A stretch of DNA of 63,486 nucleotides, the filler included, from Chiloscyllium plagiosum (taxonomy: Eukaryota), in NCBI RefSeq assembly GCF_004010195.1. It is 4 parts of 2 records of this genome, joined end to end, with 100 filler letters (N's around TTAATTAATTAA, not from the genome) between each part and the next. Parts side by side here need not be neighbours in the genome. Positions count along the whole stretch, not along the records: positions 31,526 to 43,283 come from NC_057714.1; positions 43,384 to 61,491 come from NC_057714.1; 2 more parts are not named here. One strand, 5' to 3'. This document shows, piece after piece, positions 36,839 to 49,984 of this stretch. The stretch's first letter is position 1. Each line of letters opens with the position of its first letter. The notes below the pieces were generated by a model. The model searched no databases. It worked only from the letters and a program-made list of their open reading frames with translations, and was not told the origin of the DNA. The translations under genes were made by a program, and so were the position numbers.

Positions 36839-37482
36839 AATTCCTCCTCTTCGCGGTCGTAAATGGCCTGAACCTTTATTTCAAAATTGATACCTTATGT
36901 TCTAAGTTTACCAACCGAGAGACAGCAAATCTATCAAGCCATTGAATGTTTTTAATTTTAATTAGATTACTTTTTTTTTTAATAATATAACTCCTAGGAA
37001 TATAAAGCTAATTTACTCAATCTCTCCTCAAAAGACCCATGCCCTCATCTCAGGAACTAGTCTAGTAAATGTTTGTTGTATTCCCTCCACAACAAGTATG
37101 TCATTCCTTAACTAAGACCATCAAATCTGCACATACTATTCCAGGCCTAGCCTCAACAATACCCTCCATAATTGTGGCAAGACTTTCTCACTCAGATATT
37201 CCAATTCCTTGGTAACGAAAACTACCATACAATTTGTCTTCATAATTGTACACTTTAACTGCATGTTAAATCTGAGTGCAAATCTCAGTTTGTTAATAGT
37301 CTAAAGCTATTCTGTCATTTCAATTTTCTCAACAAACAGAAGGAGGAAACAATTCATGGCATTGTGTTCTTGCCACCTCATCTTTCTGCAGTTTCCGAAT
37401 CTTCCACACCATTTACTTTCCTAAAGAACTTCATATTGTGAGAAAATCTCAATATGTTACATGCAATTCCTTTCTCCAAGTT

Positions 37483-39072
37483 TTGAGGGTAAAGACGTCA
37501 GACAGATGAAAAAAAAAGAGGAGTTCCCTGTTTGGACCAGAATAACAGACCTAAGCAGGGAGCCCTGGCTGACAGATAAGAACAAGAGTGTCAGACAGCC
37601 TGTTCGCTCTGAAAGCCGGCTTTGAGGGAGCTGAATCAGTGTGATGGACTCTCGTCACATAAATTAAGGGGGGTTTGGTGATGGGATACAAGCCTCTGTG
37701 GAGTTATTTCAGCGTCAAAGAAAGAAAAGCACGCTCATGAAGAAATTCACTTGCAACAGTCATCCTGGAGTTGGAGTTTCTGACGACATACCATTATCTG
37801 GGAAGCATGACTTGTTCAATCGTGCCAAAGACCGGACCCAATATGTGGAAAGAATCTGTTATTTTGCCAGGCAGATGAAAAGCAACAAATAATTCTTCTG
37901 ACGGCTTGCAGACCGCAGCTTTTTTCAGATAATAGGAGCGTAACTTTCCCTGAGGTACCAGATAGGAAAACTTTTCAGGAGCTGCTGGATTTAGTTAAGG
38001 AATAATATGACCCCACATCTCCTCTAATTCTGAGACTATCTGTGATTCAAGAACCTAGTTGGTGTGTGTACATGTGTGCATTCTTGCATCTAACAGCATC
38101 AGGAACACCAATGCCAGACACAGGGCTCCACTGAACGAAAGAGACAGTTTACTTCAGGGGACAAAATTTGGTGTGGGAACTACAGGAATGGCCCTGCATG
38201 TTTAAGAGGCATGGTCAACATGAGATTAGGGCTAGTGATATATAAAACTCGCAAACTGTGCGAGAGTAAAACAAGCCCGGCTCGTCGACAGCCTTTCTGA
38301 CTGTTTTGCAACCTATGGGTTCTCCTGCTTAGTCAAGCATTGATGATACTTCAAAATCTCAGATGTCGCTACCTTGATGCCTTTGCTGCCTGAAGAGAAT
38401 GAATTTCTGAGACACTGTGGGCACAAGAGGTGAGATACTGAGCATTACATGCCACCTGTATCAGATGTTGAAGTGGTGAAACCAGACCTAGTGCGAAAAT
38501 GCTCTGGGAGGAGCTACAACAGAACAAAAATGGCCTATGTCCTCAGACACAGAGGGGGAGGAATGTAGTTTCCTGCTTGAGGCTGTTAACCTGGTCCAAT
38601 CAGGGAGCCCTGACTAACAGGACTATCTCCCCTCACATTTGTGGGAATGGCCGGCTAAATCCCCCACATTTATGGGAATAGCCGGCTAAACCCTGGACTC
38701 AGTTAAAGGACAATGTTTTATGTTCTTTCATGAGCTGAATGTCCTTAGTCGTTGTGGATGTCACACAAAGTCGTGTGTAGAATTCCTTCATGGGGATGAT
38801 GAGAGAAAAACTGTGTGCATCTTTTGCAACACATAGACTCTCAGAAGTGTTGGTCTTAGTTAACGGACCATCATTCATCATCAGAGAATTTGAGTATTTC
38901 CTGAAGTTGAATGGTATTCGACTTGTAAAAAAAAAAGGAAAAGAACAGGACTATCGGACACCCTGTTCACCCAGAGCTGGCTCTGGGGGAGCTGGGGCAG
39001 TGTCAAGGACTTTCCACATACAAATTAAGGGTGGCTTGATTATGGGATACCACCCTCTATGGAGTTATTTCT
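37483..39072 (+). mobile_element. Internally deleted Gypsy LTR retrotransposon: 5' LTR ~37483-37711, gag remnant ~37780-38040, pol 3' remnant ~38090-38545, PPT 38551-38563, 3' LTR 38564-39072
   Basis: Gag-like PLSGKHDLF..DRTQYVERICYF and IILLTAC..RSVTFPEVPDRKTFQELLDLVKE; AGAGGGGGAGGAA|TGTAGT PPT-LTR junction; both LTRs end ...CCTCT(G/A)TGGAGTTATTTC. Confidence 0.8.
38628..38943 (+). mobile_element. Poly(A)-tailed Gypsy integrase-core fragment inserted in the 3' LTR with 12-bp TSD
   Basis: HLWEWPAK.. and EKLCASFATHRLSEVLVLVNGPSFIIREFEYFLKLNGIR (rve domain). A-tract at ~38927-38942; TSD AACAGGACTATC at 38616-38627 and 38944-38955. Confidence 0.8.
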
Positions 39073-39376
39073 GGAAATGTAGATTGTAAACAGTTGAAGT
39101 TCCAGTGGTCCACACTGCTAGTTACAGCCTGCCAGACTGCAAATATCCCATGTATTCCTGCTCATTATTTCATCACCATTAATTACCCTCTCAATCCATT
39201 CTAATGTACTACCCCAATCTATAAAACCACCTGTCGTTTTCCATTGCACTGCATTTCATCAATTTTTTTTGAAAATCCAAATTTATTACATTAACTGGTC
39301 TTCCTCTGATCTATTTAATTATAGATTATGTGTAGTATATTCTGTAGCCAGTGTGGGTCATTATTCAGTTTTATAG

Positions 39377-39603
39377 CTTTGGTTGAACTTCAAATGCAGT
39401 CGAGTAAGATGATTATTGAAGTCCCAAGAATTCCTCTAACTCCATTCACACGAATAGTACAGCCTACTCGCTCAGCGCCGAATAACCCAGTCAAACCTTC
39501 AACAATGTATCAGCATTCTAGCCTTCCACTTCGAAATGGACATAATTGGGAGGACAGACGTCGAAATGGGAAATTTACAGCAACAATCATTAAAAGCACA
39601 TAA
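39377..39603 (+). CDS. Candidate terminal coding exon, unidentified
   Basis: Acceptor TTCAGTTTTATAG|, phase 1, open to TAA: ALVELQMQSSKMIIEVPRIPLTPFTRIVQPTRSAP...WEDRRRNGKFTATIIKST*. Non-repetitive and locally CpG-retaining. Confidence 0.3.
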
Positions 39604-39619
39604 ATGCATATCACCACTT

Positions 39620-39740
39620 AAAGCACATTATGTCTTGCACTATGACAGTGACTCAAAAGTATTTTATTAGTTCTGAAGTGCTTTGGAATGTCTTGAGGAT
39701 GTGAAATTATAAGATGTTATATAAATGCAAGTCTTTCTTT
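39620..39740 (+). mobile_element. Deu-SINE/L2-type 3' tail remnant
   Basis: AAGTGCTTTGGAATGTCTTGAGGATGTGAAA...TATATAAATGCAAGTCTTTCTTT resembles the AmnSINE/SacSINE-type tail. Confidence 0.5.
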
Positions 39741-40539
39741 TGTTTCTATATCACATTTTACCAATATTTTAATTTGGATTTAAGACAAAGCACCTCAAAT
39801 GTTGTTTAAGTTACTTTTAGCATCTTCCCTACTTTCACATTACAATTGACTTTTTTTGAGGGGGAGTATTTATTAGTTATACATACATCGATCAAAACTG
39901 AATGCCAATTCTGAATTATTTATTTCAGTCTGACACTTAGATTGAAGTGATGTATACAAGGAACTATCATTCTAAGTCATGTTCACAGATATGAATTACT
40001 GCTGTGGTCCACACACAGTAGCCTCTTTAAATCAAGTCCATTTAATACGATCTGTGACAAATGGCACAACAAATGACCGTGGAGAACATTTGAAACCAAT
40101 AGTGTGACTCCCTATTCATAAAGCTGTTTCATATAGCTCTTTGCCCTGTTCTCCAAGTTCAGGACCTCACCAGCATTCAGAAGAGTATTAATGCCAGAAG
40201 CACACTCATTTATCTTATGTTCTTGACTATATATTTTGCAGTTCAGACCGAGAGGTGTTTTTTTATTAATAGGTCTAGGTCACTACCATTATCTCTATGA
40301 TAGGATTACAGATCTTGCATTTGTGTTTGTCAACGACCATAGATGTGAAAAATCATCAACCAAAAGCAATGGCAACCCTCTGAACGGCTTTCTCTATTTA
40401 AGGTTTTGATGAAATGTTTTGGGTACAGTAATGAAAACTGTGATGCAACTTAAGTATTCAATTTTCAGCAGAATGAGCATCACTATAAAATGCACAAATA
40501 AATAAATTCTACATTGATCTCTACAAAAGAAATTAAATT

Positions 40540-43283
40540 TAGAGAGCATGGCAAGTAAAGGCAGTGAATGATATATGATTCGATTTTATATACAATTTAA
40601 AAGGGAGAGAAGTATGGTTTCAAGACTACTACAGTATTTTGAATTTAAACAACGGCAATTATGAGGGCATGAAAAGAGAGATAGTGAAAGTGAACCGTCA
40701 ATTTAAATCCAGGGATAGGCTAATAGAAATGCAGTGGCAAACATTTATGGGAAATAGCCAGAAAGCGCAGAATAGGTACAAGAAAAAATCTAAGGGATGG
40801 ATCCAACATTCAGTGGTTAACTAAAAACATCATAAGATACTATCACATTCAAAAAGACCTATAATTTCGAAAAGATAGATGGCAGGTCAGAGATTGGACA
40901 AAATATAAAACACAAAGAATTACTAGAAGTTTAAAAAGGAGCTAAAAATTAGAATACAAGTGAAAATTAGCCAAAAATAAATTTAAAACAGATAGAAAAA
41001 GGTTTCTTCAAATATTTACAAAATGTGTTAACAAAGTAAAGTGCTAGTCCAATAGAAAATTAGTCTGGGAAAGGGTAATGGAGGATAAAGAAATGGCAGA
41101 CAAATTGAACTGATATTTTGAGTTGATTTCACCAGAGAGGATACAAGTAAAATCCTGGAAAGAGCTGTAATTTAGGAACTGAAAGGGAAGGAGGAACTCA
41201 AGAAAATTACAAATACCAAGGAAGCCAGACAAGGAAGTAATTGTTGGAACTGCAAGTTGACAAGCCCCCAGGTCCTGACAGATTTCATTCTACAGTCTTA
41301 AGTGAAGCAGCTAATGAGACAGATGACGTGTTAGTGTTAATTTTCCAAAACTCATTAGATTCAGGGAATTGAATTGAATTAGCTTTATTGTCACATGTAC
41401 TCAAGTGAGTACAGTGAAAACAGTACAAGTCACCAGTTATGACACCAGCTGAGGTACAAATCCTCCCAGGTACAACTTCTTCAGTGACAGTTCTTAGGAA
41501 AACAAAAGTCCAGCATTGCAGATTTTAGGAATAAATCATAAAATGGAGAAAGAAAATAAAAGTTCAAAACAATGGCCTTCCAACTCAATCCATGCTGGCA
41601 CCCAGCCTTAAGTCCACACCAGCCTTGACTTGAAACCATGCCAGGTTTCACCTCAGAGTTCACAAGGCCAGAAGATCACTCTGGAATCATCTCAAGACTG
41701 CAAGTCCATGCTAAGACCATGCCAGGCTGAGAGGTTTCCACATACTGTCTGAAGACTACTCTGCCAAGCTGAGACACTGCCAGGCTGGGTTGCTGGGAGA
41801 TTGCCCTGCCAGGCCAAGAAATTGCTTTAGATTGGAAAATAGCTAATGCCACTCCTTTAACCAAAAAGGAGTGGAGCAAAATGTAAGAAATTACTGACCA
41901 GTGAGCTTAACATCTGTTAGAAGGTGTTATTGCTATAACAGGGCACTTAGATAAAGATCAAAAAGGTAATCAGGCAGACCCAACATGGTTTTGTCAAAGG
42001 GAAATCATGTTTCACAAATTTATTGGAGCTTTTGAAGAAGTAACTTGTTATGTAGATAACGTAATGTAGTCTCCAGAAGGTATTTGACAAGGTGTCACAT
42101 CAAATGTTATTGTGGAAAAGAAAGCTCAGTATCAAGGCTAACATACTGGCACACTGGCATGGTTAGAAGATTGGCTTTGCAGAAAGCAGAGTAGGAATCA
42201 ATGTACCTTTTTTGGGCTGGGAGGGATGTCACAAGTGTGCCACAGGAGTTGGTGCTGGGGCCTCAACTCATTACAATTTATGTGCATTACTTGGATGAAG
42301 GGGCCAAACATATGGTAGGTAAGTTTGCTGATGACACAAAGGTAGGTAAGAAAGTGTGTTGTGAGGAGAATACAGGGACCCTACAAAGGGATACAGATAA
42401 GTCAGTGGGCAAAAATACAGCAAATAGCATATAATGTGGGCAAGTCAGCCTCAAAGAGAGAGGATGCAGAATCTTTAACTATGTGGGAAATTGCCTATCT
42501 TGGCAGAAAGAATAAAAAAAGCATATTATCTAAATTATAGACTTCAGGAAAGCCTTTGATAAGGTTCCACATGGTAGGCTGTTGGAGAAAATGCAGAGGC
42601 ATGGAATTGAGGGTGATTTACTAGTCTGGATTAGAAACTGGCTGTCTGAAAGAAGGCAGCGAGTGGTGGTTGATGGAAAATATTCAGCCTCGAGTCCAGT
42701 TACTAGTGGTGTGCCACAAGGATCTGTTTTGGGACCACTGTTGTTTATAATTTTTATAAATGCCTTAGATGCAGGCATAGGTGAATGGGTGAGTCAATTT
42801 GCAGATGACACTAAAGTTGGTGGAGTAGTAGACAGTTTGGAAGAATGTTATAGGTTGCAGGGGCACTAGGATAAACTGCAGGATTGGGCTGAGATGTGGC
42901 AAATGGAGTTCGTGTTTTCTGGGTCCTTAAGGGGGAAGGGGAGCAGCCCGAAGTCGTGGTCCACATTGGCACCAATGACATAGGTAGGAGGAGCACTGAG
43001 GATGTTAGGCAGGCTTTCAGGGAGCGAGGTTGGAAGCTCAAAGTTAGAACGAACAGAGTTGTCTCTGGTTTGTTACCCGTGCCACGTGATAGAGTGTCGA
43101 GGAATAGGGAGAGAGAAGGTTAAATGCATGGCTACAGGGATGGTGCAGGGGGGAGGGATTCCGGTATTTGGATAACTGGGGTTCTTTCTGGGGAAGGTGG
43201 GACCTCTATAAACAGGATGGTCTGCACCTGAACCTGGGGGGCACCAGTATCCTTGGTGGGAGGTTTGCTAGTGCTCTTGGGGG
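40540..43283 (+). mobile_element. CR1 ORF2 fragments (40540-42910, with another repeat inserted at ~41367-41816) fused to a CR1 ORF1 esterase fragment (42911-43283)
   Basis: [38 protein letters not shown]; then QPEVVVHIGTNDIGR (SGNH block). Confidence 0.85.
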
Positions 43284-43383
43284 NNNNNNNNNNNNNNNNN
43301 NNNNNNNNNNNNNNNNNNNNNNNNNNNTTAATTAATTAANNNNNNNNNNNNNNNNNNNNNNNNNNNNNNNNNNNNNNNNNNNN

Positions 43384-43625
43384 TGTACTCTTTGCTACCT
43401 TCCCCCACCCTCCCCTCTGACCTATCACCTCCATCCCCATCTCCATTCACCTATTGTACTCTTTGCTACCTCCTCCCCAGCCCCACTCTCCCCATTTATC
43501 TTTCCACCCTGGCGGCTTCCTGCCTTCATTCCTGAGGAAGGACTTTTGCCCGAAACATCGATTTTCCTGCTCCTCAGGTGCTGCCTGACCTGCTGTGCTT
43601 TTCCAGCACCAGTCTGATCTAAACC
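43384..43625 (+). mobile_element. Penelope pLTR/3' end (family A) with degenerate hammerhead core at ~43532
   Basis: C-rich UTR then CTGAGGAAGGACTTTTGCCCGAAACATCG...GCTTTTCCAGCACC. Confidence 0.75.
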
Positions 43626-45041
43626 CATATCCCATCATACCTTTGTTTAACAAATGGTTTATCTATCTCATTAAAAGTCTTAACAAGTGATCCAGCGTCC
43701 ATGTCCATCTGTGGAAGAGAGGTATAGCTGATTAGACCAGGACTAGGGAGTACACAGATTTGTGGTTTTGGGTAAAGGGTAAATGGAGGAATCGTTTTTT
43801 CCATACAGTAAGTAAACGTGATCTGGAACCCACTTCCTACAAAGAGACTGGATGTGAGGAAAATCTCAAAAGAAAATCAGATGGGTATTTCCAACCAATG
43901 TGCTTCCAGCGGGTTGGGGAACAGGATGAATTTGTGTTTCTCAACAGAGACTTGAGGAACCAACTGCTTTGATATTGTTAATGACACAGTGATAGCCTGA
44001 GGAACCGAGGGTCTACAGAAGACTGAATGGTGTGGGAGAGGTTTCAGGAGAACTGGGTGATAGCGCATCAAGATTGCTGACTCCTACATCAATTTAAAAA
44101 AGGCAGCCCTGGAGAAAGTCAGCAGTGACTGGCAGCATCTGTGGAGATCTTTGAAGAGTTGTTGCTTTGAGTCCGGCTTTTATTTCCAATCTCCAGGGTC
44201 TACAGTGTCGAATTCCATGGAATCTGATCCAGGAGGTCTGCCAAAGTGTAACGCCAAGGCAAGGCCACATGGAGAGTCTAACTCCATCACATCATCATCC
44301 CGAAGGTTAAACGTTTCAACCAATGAAATGGTTAGCTGCCCCTAACTCAAAGGTGTGGTAACATGTACCTGAAAGGCGTTCCCATTGAACAAACTATAGT
44401 GGGTTAACACTGGGGTAATGTCTGCATTACTTCCTTTGGTAATAAAATGGTGGATTTTTTTTTTCCGTTGTACTTTACTCCCAGAGACTAACAATGTTCC
44501 AGTGACAGGGAACACCAGAGCAAGTTCTTTACAAAGAGTAAGTGTGGAGCCACAGGGAACGGTTGAACTGAATTGCATGGAGATACATAAGAGAAAGCTG
44601 GATAAATACATGAATGAGTTGGATGATCAGCTATGATTGTGTTGAATGGTGGAACAGGCTCAAGGGGCTGAATGGCCTGCTCCTGCTGCTACCTTCTATG
44701 TTACATCCTGCCATGCTGTTGTTGTATTTGGATTGGAGACTAATATCTGTATGGGTGGGGTAGCACTCTGCTACACCAGATGTGACACAAAGTGCTAGTC
44801 TTGGTCATGACAATGTCCAAATGGAAATAAATTGCAGCTAGATCTTGAAGGTTTCCAGTGTTAGGACTGGGATTATTCTCTCTGGCAGCTTGTTCAGTCG
44901 CTAGATTGAAAGATTGGGAAGAAAGATAGTCGATAAGCTACCTTGGAAATAAATGGTCTGTGTTGTTTTTAGGATGACCACCTCGTAGATTGACAGCTAC
45001 TTTCAATTCCTCCCAGTTCAGGTGAGGGAGAAGGAGGAAAA

Positions 45042-45370
45042 GGCAGCACAGTGGCTCAATGGTTAGCACTACTGCCTCCCCAGTGCAAGGGACCCACTTC
45101 GATTCCAGCCTCGGGCAACTATCTGTGTGGGCTTTGTGCATTCTCCCTGTGTCTGTGTGGTTTCCTCACACAGTCCAAAGACGTGCAGATTAGGGGGAAT
45201 TGGCCATGCTAATTTGCCCATCATGTTCAGGGATGTAAAGGCTAGATGGGTTAGCCATGGGGAACGCGGGGTCCCAGGGATAGGGTGGGTCTGAGTAGGA
45301 TGCTCTTCAGAGGGTTGATGTGGCCTCGATGGGCCGAATGGTCTGCTTCCACACAGTAGGTATTCTATTC
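45042..45370 (+). mobile_element. HE1-type V-SINE (diverged)
   Basis: GGCAGCACAGTGGCTCAATGGTTAGCACT... head; CR1-like tail. Confidence 0.85.
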
Positions 45371-45744
45371 AATGAAAGGGTATGCTTGCAGAGTGAGATG
45401 AAGCAAGAAAGGTCAGAAGAGACCTCTAGCTGCCCCAGAATACCGGGCAGCTGGTGCACCAATCCTCTGAGCTTACCGTGTTTGCTAATCACTTCCATTT
45501 CCAACATGGGGGAGGGCAATGGCTCCTCAGGGGTGTGTGGTCACACAAGTGGGTCAGCTGTACGTGGGAAACTGAAGGAGAAAAGGAGTCCGATAGTGAT
45601 AGTTGATTCCACAGTCAGGAGATCAGCCAGGCATTTCTGACACGATCAATGTGATTCCAGAGCAGTATACAGCTCCATGGCACCATTGTAGAGATGGCTA
45701 CAGGACATTGATTTGGGGGAAGGGGGACTGGGGAGGATTATTCG

Positions 45745-47390
45745 TAAGACATAGGAGCAGAAGTTAGTCTATTCAGCCCATCAGGTCTGATCTGCCATTC
45801 AATCATTTCTTAGAAGTTTCTAATCCCTGTTCTCCCGCTTTCCCATAACTTTTGATCCTCTTGTTACTCAAGAACCTATCTATCTCTGTCTTAAATATCC
45901 TCAATGAGCTGGCCTCCACAGCCTTCTGTGGCAGTGAATTCCATAGATTCCCCACTCTCTGGCTGAAGAAGTTTCTCCTTATCTCCGTTCTAAAAGGTTT
46001 GCCCTTTACTCTAGGGCTGTGCCCTGGGGTCCTAGTCTCTCCTGCCAATGAAAACATTTTCCCAACATCCACTCTGTCCAGGCCATTCAGTATTCTGTAT
46101 GTTTCAATTAGATCCCCCCTCATCCTTCTAAACTCCTTCAAGTATAGACCCAGGGTCCTCAAACATTCCTCGTATGTTAAGCTTTTCATTCCTGGGACAT
46201 TTCTTGTGAACCTCCCCTGAACACGCTCCAGGGCCGGTACATCCTTCCTGCTCACAATACTCCTAATGCAGTCTGACCAGAGTCTTATACAGTCTCAGAA
46301 ATACATCCCTGCTTTTATATTTAAGTCCTCTCAAAATAAATTCTAATATTGCATTTGCCTTCCTAATACTGACTCAACCTGCAAGTTTACCTTGAGAGAA
46401 TCCTGGAATAGAACTCCCAAGTCTCTTTGCACTTCAGACTTATGAATTTTCACCCCATTTTAGAAAATAGTCCATGCCTCTATTCTTCCAACCAAACTGC
46501 ATTCCCTCACATTTTCCCATGTTGCATTCCATCTGCCAATTCTTTGCCCACTCTCCTAACCTGTCTAAATCCTGTACCTCCCCGTCTCCTCAATATTACC
46601 TGCCCCTCCACCTGTCTTTGTATCATCTGCAAACTTAGCCAGAACGCTGTCAGTTCCTTCACCCGGATCATTAATGTATAAAGTGAAATGTTGTGGTCCC
46701 AACACTGACCCTTGTGGAACACCACTTGTCACCAGCTGCCATCCTGAGAAGGGCTCTTTTATCCCCACTCTCTGCTTCCTGCCAGACAGCCAAGCTTCTA
46801 TCCATGCTGGTACCTTGCCTCTAATACCATGGGCCCTTACCTTACTCAGTAACCTCCTGTGTGGCACCTTGTCAAAGGCCTTCTTGAAGTCCAGGTAGAT
46901 AACACCCATTGGCTCTCCTTGGTCTAACCTGCTTGTTATCTACTCAAAGAATTCTAACAGATTTGTCAGGCATGACCTCCCCTTGATGAAACCATGCTGA
47001 CTTTTCCCTATTTTACCATGCACTTCCAAGTATTCAGAAATCTCATCCTTCACAATGGATTCCACGATCTTTCCCACGACTGAAGCAAGGTTAATTGGTC
47101 TGTAATTTTCCATCTTTTGCCTTACGCCCTTTTTAAACAGGGGTGTTACGCCCTTTGGGACCCTCCCTGACTCTAGCGATTCCTGAAAAATCACCATAAA
47201 CAATTCCACTATCTCTTCAGCTTTCTCCCTTAGAACTCTGGGGTGGAGTGCATCTGGTCCAGGTGATTTATCCACCTTCGGGTAATTTAGATTTTCTAGC
47301 ACCTTCTCCTTGGGGATGGCCACCATATTCAGCTCTGATCCCTGACTCTCTTGAAGCTTTGGATATTACTCACGTCTTCCACCATGAAGA
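45745..47390 (-). mobile_element. CR1 LINE, 5'-truncated ORF2 RT to 3' UTR
   Basis: [56 protein letters not shown]. Confidence 0.92.
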
Positions 47391-47564
47391 GATTGTCCAG
47401 AGGTCATGGTCCACGTTGGTACTGATGTCACAGCGAGGAGTGGGAATGAGGTCCTGGAAGTAGATTTCAGAGACTTAGGTAGGAAAGTGAAACAGGATCT
47501 CGAAAGAGTAGTCTCTGACTTCCAAACACACGTACTAGCAAGTGTGGAAATGGGAGAACTGTGG

Positions 47565-48101
47565 GAGCAATAGTTAGTAAGTTTGAAGATGACACCAAAA
47601 TTGGAGGTGTGGTGGACAGCGAAGAGGGTTACAATGAGATCTTGATCAGATGGGCCAATGGGCTGAGGAGTGGCAGACGGAGTTTAAATTAGATCAATAT
47701 GAGGTACTGCATTTTGGAAAGGCAAATCTTAGCAGGACTTACACACTTAATGGTAAGGTCCTAGGGCACGTTGCTGAACAAAGAGACCTTGGAGTGCAGG
47801 TTCATAGCTCCTTGAAAGTGGAGTCGCAGGTAGATAGGATAGTGAAGAAGGCGTTTGGTATGCTTTCCTTTATTGGTCAGAGTATTGAATACAGGAATTG
47901 GGAGGTCATGCTGCGGCTGCACAGGGCATTGGTTAGGCCACTGTTGGAATATTGTGTGCAATTCTGGTCTCCTTCCTATCGGAAAGATGTTGTGAAACTT
48001 GAAAGGGTTCAGAAAAGATTTTCAAGAATGTTGCCAGGGTTGGAAGGCTTGAGTTACAGGGAGAGGTTGAATAGGCTGGGGCTGTTTTCCCTGGAGCGTT
48101 G
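47565..48101 (+). mobile_element. Outer CR1 copy (continues at 49726-49760 and 54584-54930)
   Basis: The RT C-terminal sequence resumes colinearly after the nested inserts. Confidence 0.8.
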
Positions 48102-49723
48102 GAGTCATAGAATCATAGAGATGTATAGCATGGAAACAGACCCTTCGGTCCAACCCATCCATGCCGACCAGGTATCCCAACCCAATCTAGTCCCACCTGC
48201 CAGCACCCGGTCCATATCCCTCCGAACCCTTCCTATTCATATACCCATCCAAATGCCTCTTAAATGTTGCAATTGTACCAGCCTTCACCACTTTCTCTGG
48301 CAGCTTATTCCACCCTCTGCGTGAAAAAGTTGCCCCTTAGGTCTCTTTTATAACTTTTCCTCTCACCCTAAACCAGCAAGGCATTTGATAAGGTTCCCCA
48401 TGGTAGGCTCGTTCAGGAGGTCAGGAGGAATGGGATACAGGGAAATTTAGCTGTCTGGATACAGACTTGGCTGGTCGACAGAAGACAGCGAGTGGTAGTG
48501 GAAGGAAAGTATTCTGCCTGGAAGTCAGTGGTGAGTGGTGTTCCACAGGGCTGTTCTTGGGCCTCTACTCTTTGTAATTTTTATTGATGACTTGGATAAG
48601 GAGATTGAAGGATGGGTCAGCAAGGTTGGAGGTGTCGTTGACAGTATAGAGGGCTGTTGTAGGCTGCAGCATGACATTGACAGGATGCAGAGATGGGCTG
48701 AGAGGTGGCAGATGGAATTCAACCTGGATAAATGTGAGGCGATGCATTTTGGAAGGTCGAACTTGAAAGTTGAATACAGGATTAAGGACAGGATTCTTGG
48801 CAGGTGTGGAGGAACAGAGGGATCTTGGTGTGCAGGTACATAGATCCCTTAAAATGGCCACCCAAGTGGACAGGATTGTTAAGAAAGCATATGGTGTTTT
48901 GGCTTTCATGAACAGGGGGATTGAGTTTAAGAGTCGTGAGATCTTGTTGCAGCTCTATAAAACTTTGGGTAGACCGCACTTGGAATACTGCGTCCAGTTC
49001 TGGTCGCCCTATTATAGGAAAGACGTGGATGCTTTGTAGAGGGTTCAGGGGAGGTTTACCAGGATGCTGCCTGGAATGGAGGGCTTATCTTACGAAGAGA
49101 GGTTGACTGAGCTCGGACTTTTTTCATTGGAAAAAAGAAGGAAGAGAGTGGACCTAATTGAGATGTACAAGATAATGAGAGGCATAGATAGAGTCGATAG
49201 CCAGAGACTGTTTCCCAGGGCAGAAATGGCTAACACGAGGGGTCATAGTTTTAAGCTGTTTGGTGGAAAGTATAGAGGGGATGTCAGAGGCAGGTTCTTT
49301 ACGCAGAGAGTTGAGAGAGCATGGAATGCGTTGCCAGCAGCAGTTGTGGAAGCAAGGTCATTGGGGACATTTAAGAGACTGCTGGACATGCATATGGTCA
49401 CAGAAATTTGAGGGTTCGTGCATTAGGTTTACCTTACATGAGGATCAATGGTCGGCATAACATTGTGGGCTGAAGGGCCTGTTCTGTGCTGTACTGTTCT
49501 ATGTTCAATGTTCTATGCCCTCTAGTTCTGGACTCCCCCACCCCAGGGAAAAGACTTTGTCTATTTACCCTATCCATGCCCCTCATAATTTTGTAAACCT
49601 CTATAAGGTCACCCCTCAGCCTCTGGTGCTCCAGGGAAAACAGCCCCAGCCTGTTCAGCCTCTCCCTATAGCTCAAATCCTCCAACCCTGGCAACATCCT
49701 TGTAAATCTTTTCTGAACCCTTT
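48102..49723. mobile_element. Nested CR1 copies: minus-strand copy (48102-48375, 49515-49723) split by a plus-strand copy (48376-49514)
   Basis: AAACC|...|TATGCCCTCTAG reconstitutes the minus copy; the plus copy ends in a (TTCTATG)n-type tail. Confidence 0.8.
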
Positions 49724-49984
49724 TCATGAGGGACATGGATAGGGTAACTAGATAAAGTCTGCTGTTCCAGCAGCAGGAAGTGCGGAACGTCGAGCAGGAG
49801 GCTGTTGGAGAGGTCACGAGGTTAAATATCTGGGCGGTTGCTTTACCTGAAACACTACTTGGTAGTGCCTCCTACCCATCCTCCTCCTCAAACCAAAAAA
49901 TGTTCTGTGTGTCGGTTGGTAAGGTGGTAAGTGTTTTCTTTCGAGTTTCATTTTTTTCAGCGGTCTAGTTAGGAATTTAGAACA

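Noticed and set aside
38153..38387. Apparent minus-strand exon with a good acceptor
   Set aside because: It lies inside the Gypsy pol 3' remnant (plus strand NYRNGPA-like motif) and contains several stops.
40172..40211. Signal-peptide-like MSVLLALILF on the minus strand before a donor
   Set aside because: In-frame TGA and no independent support.
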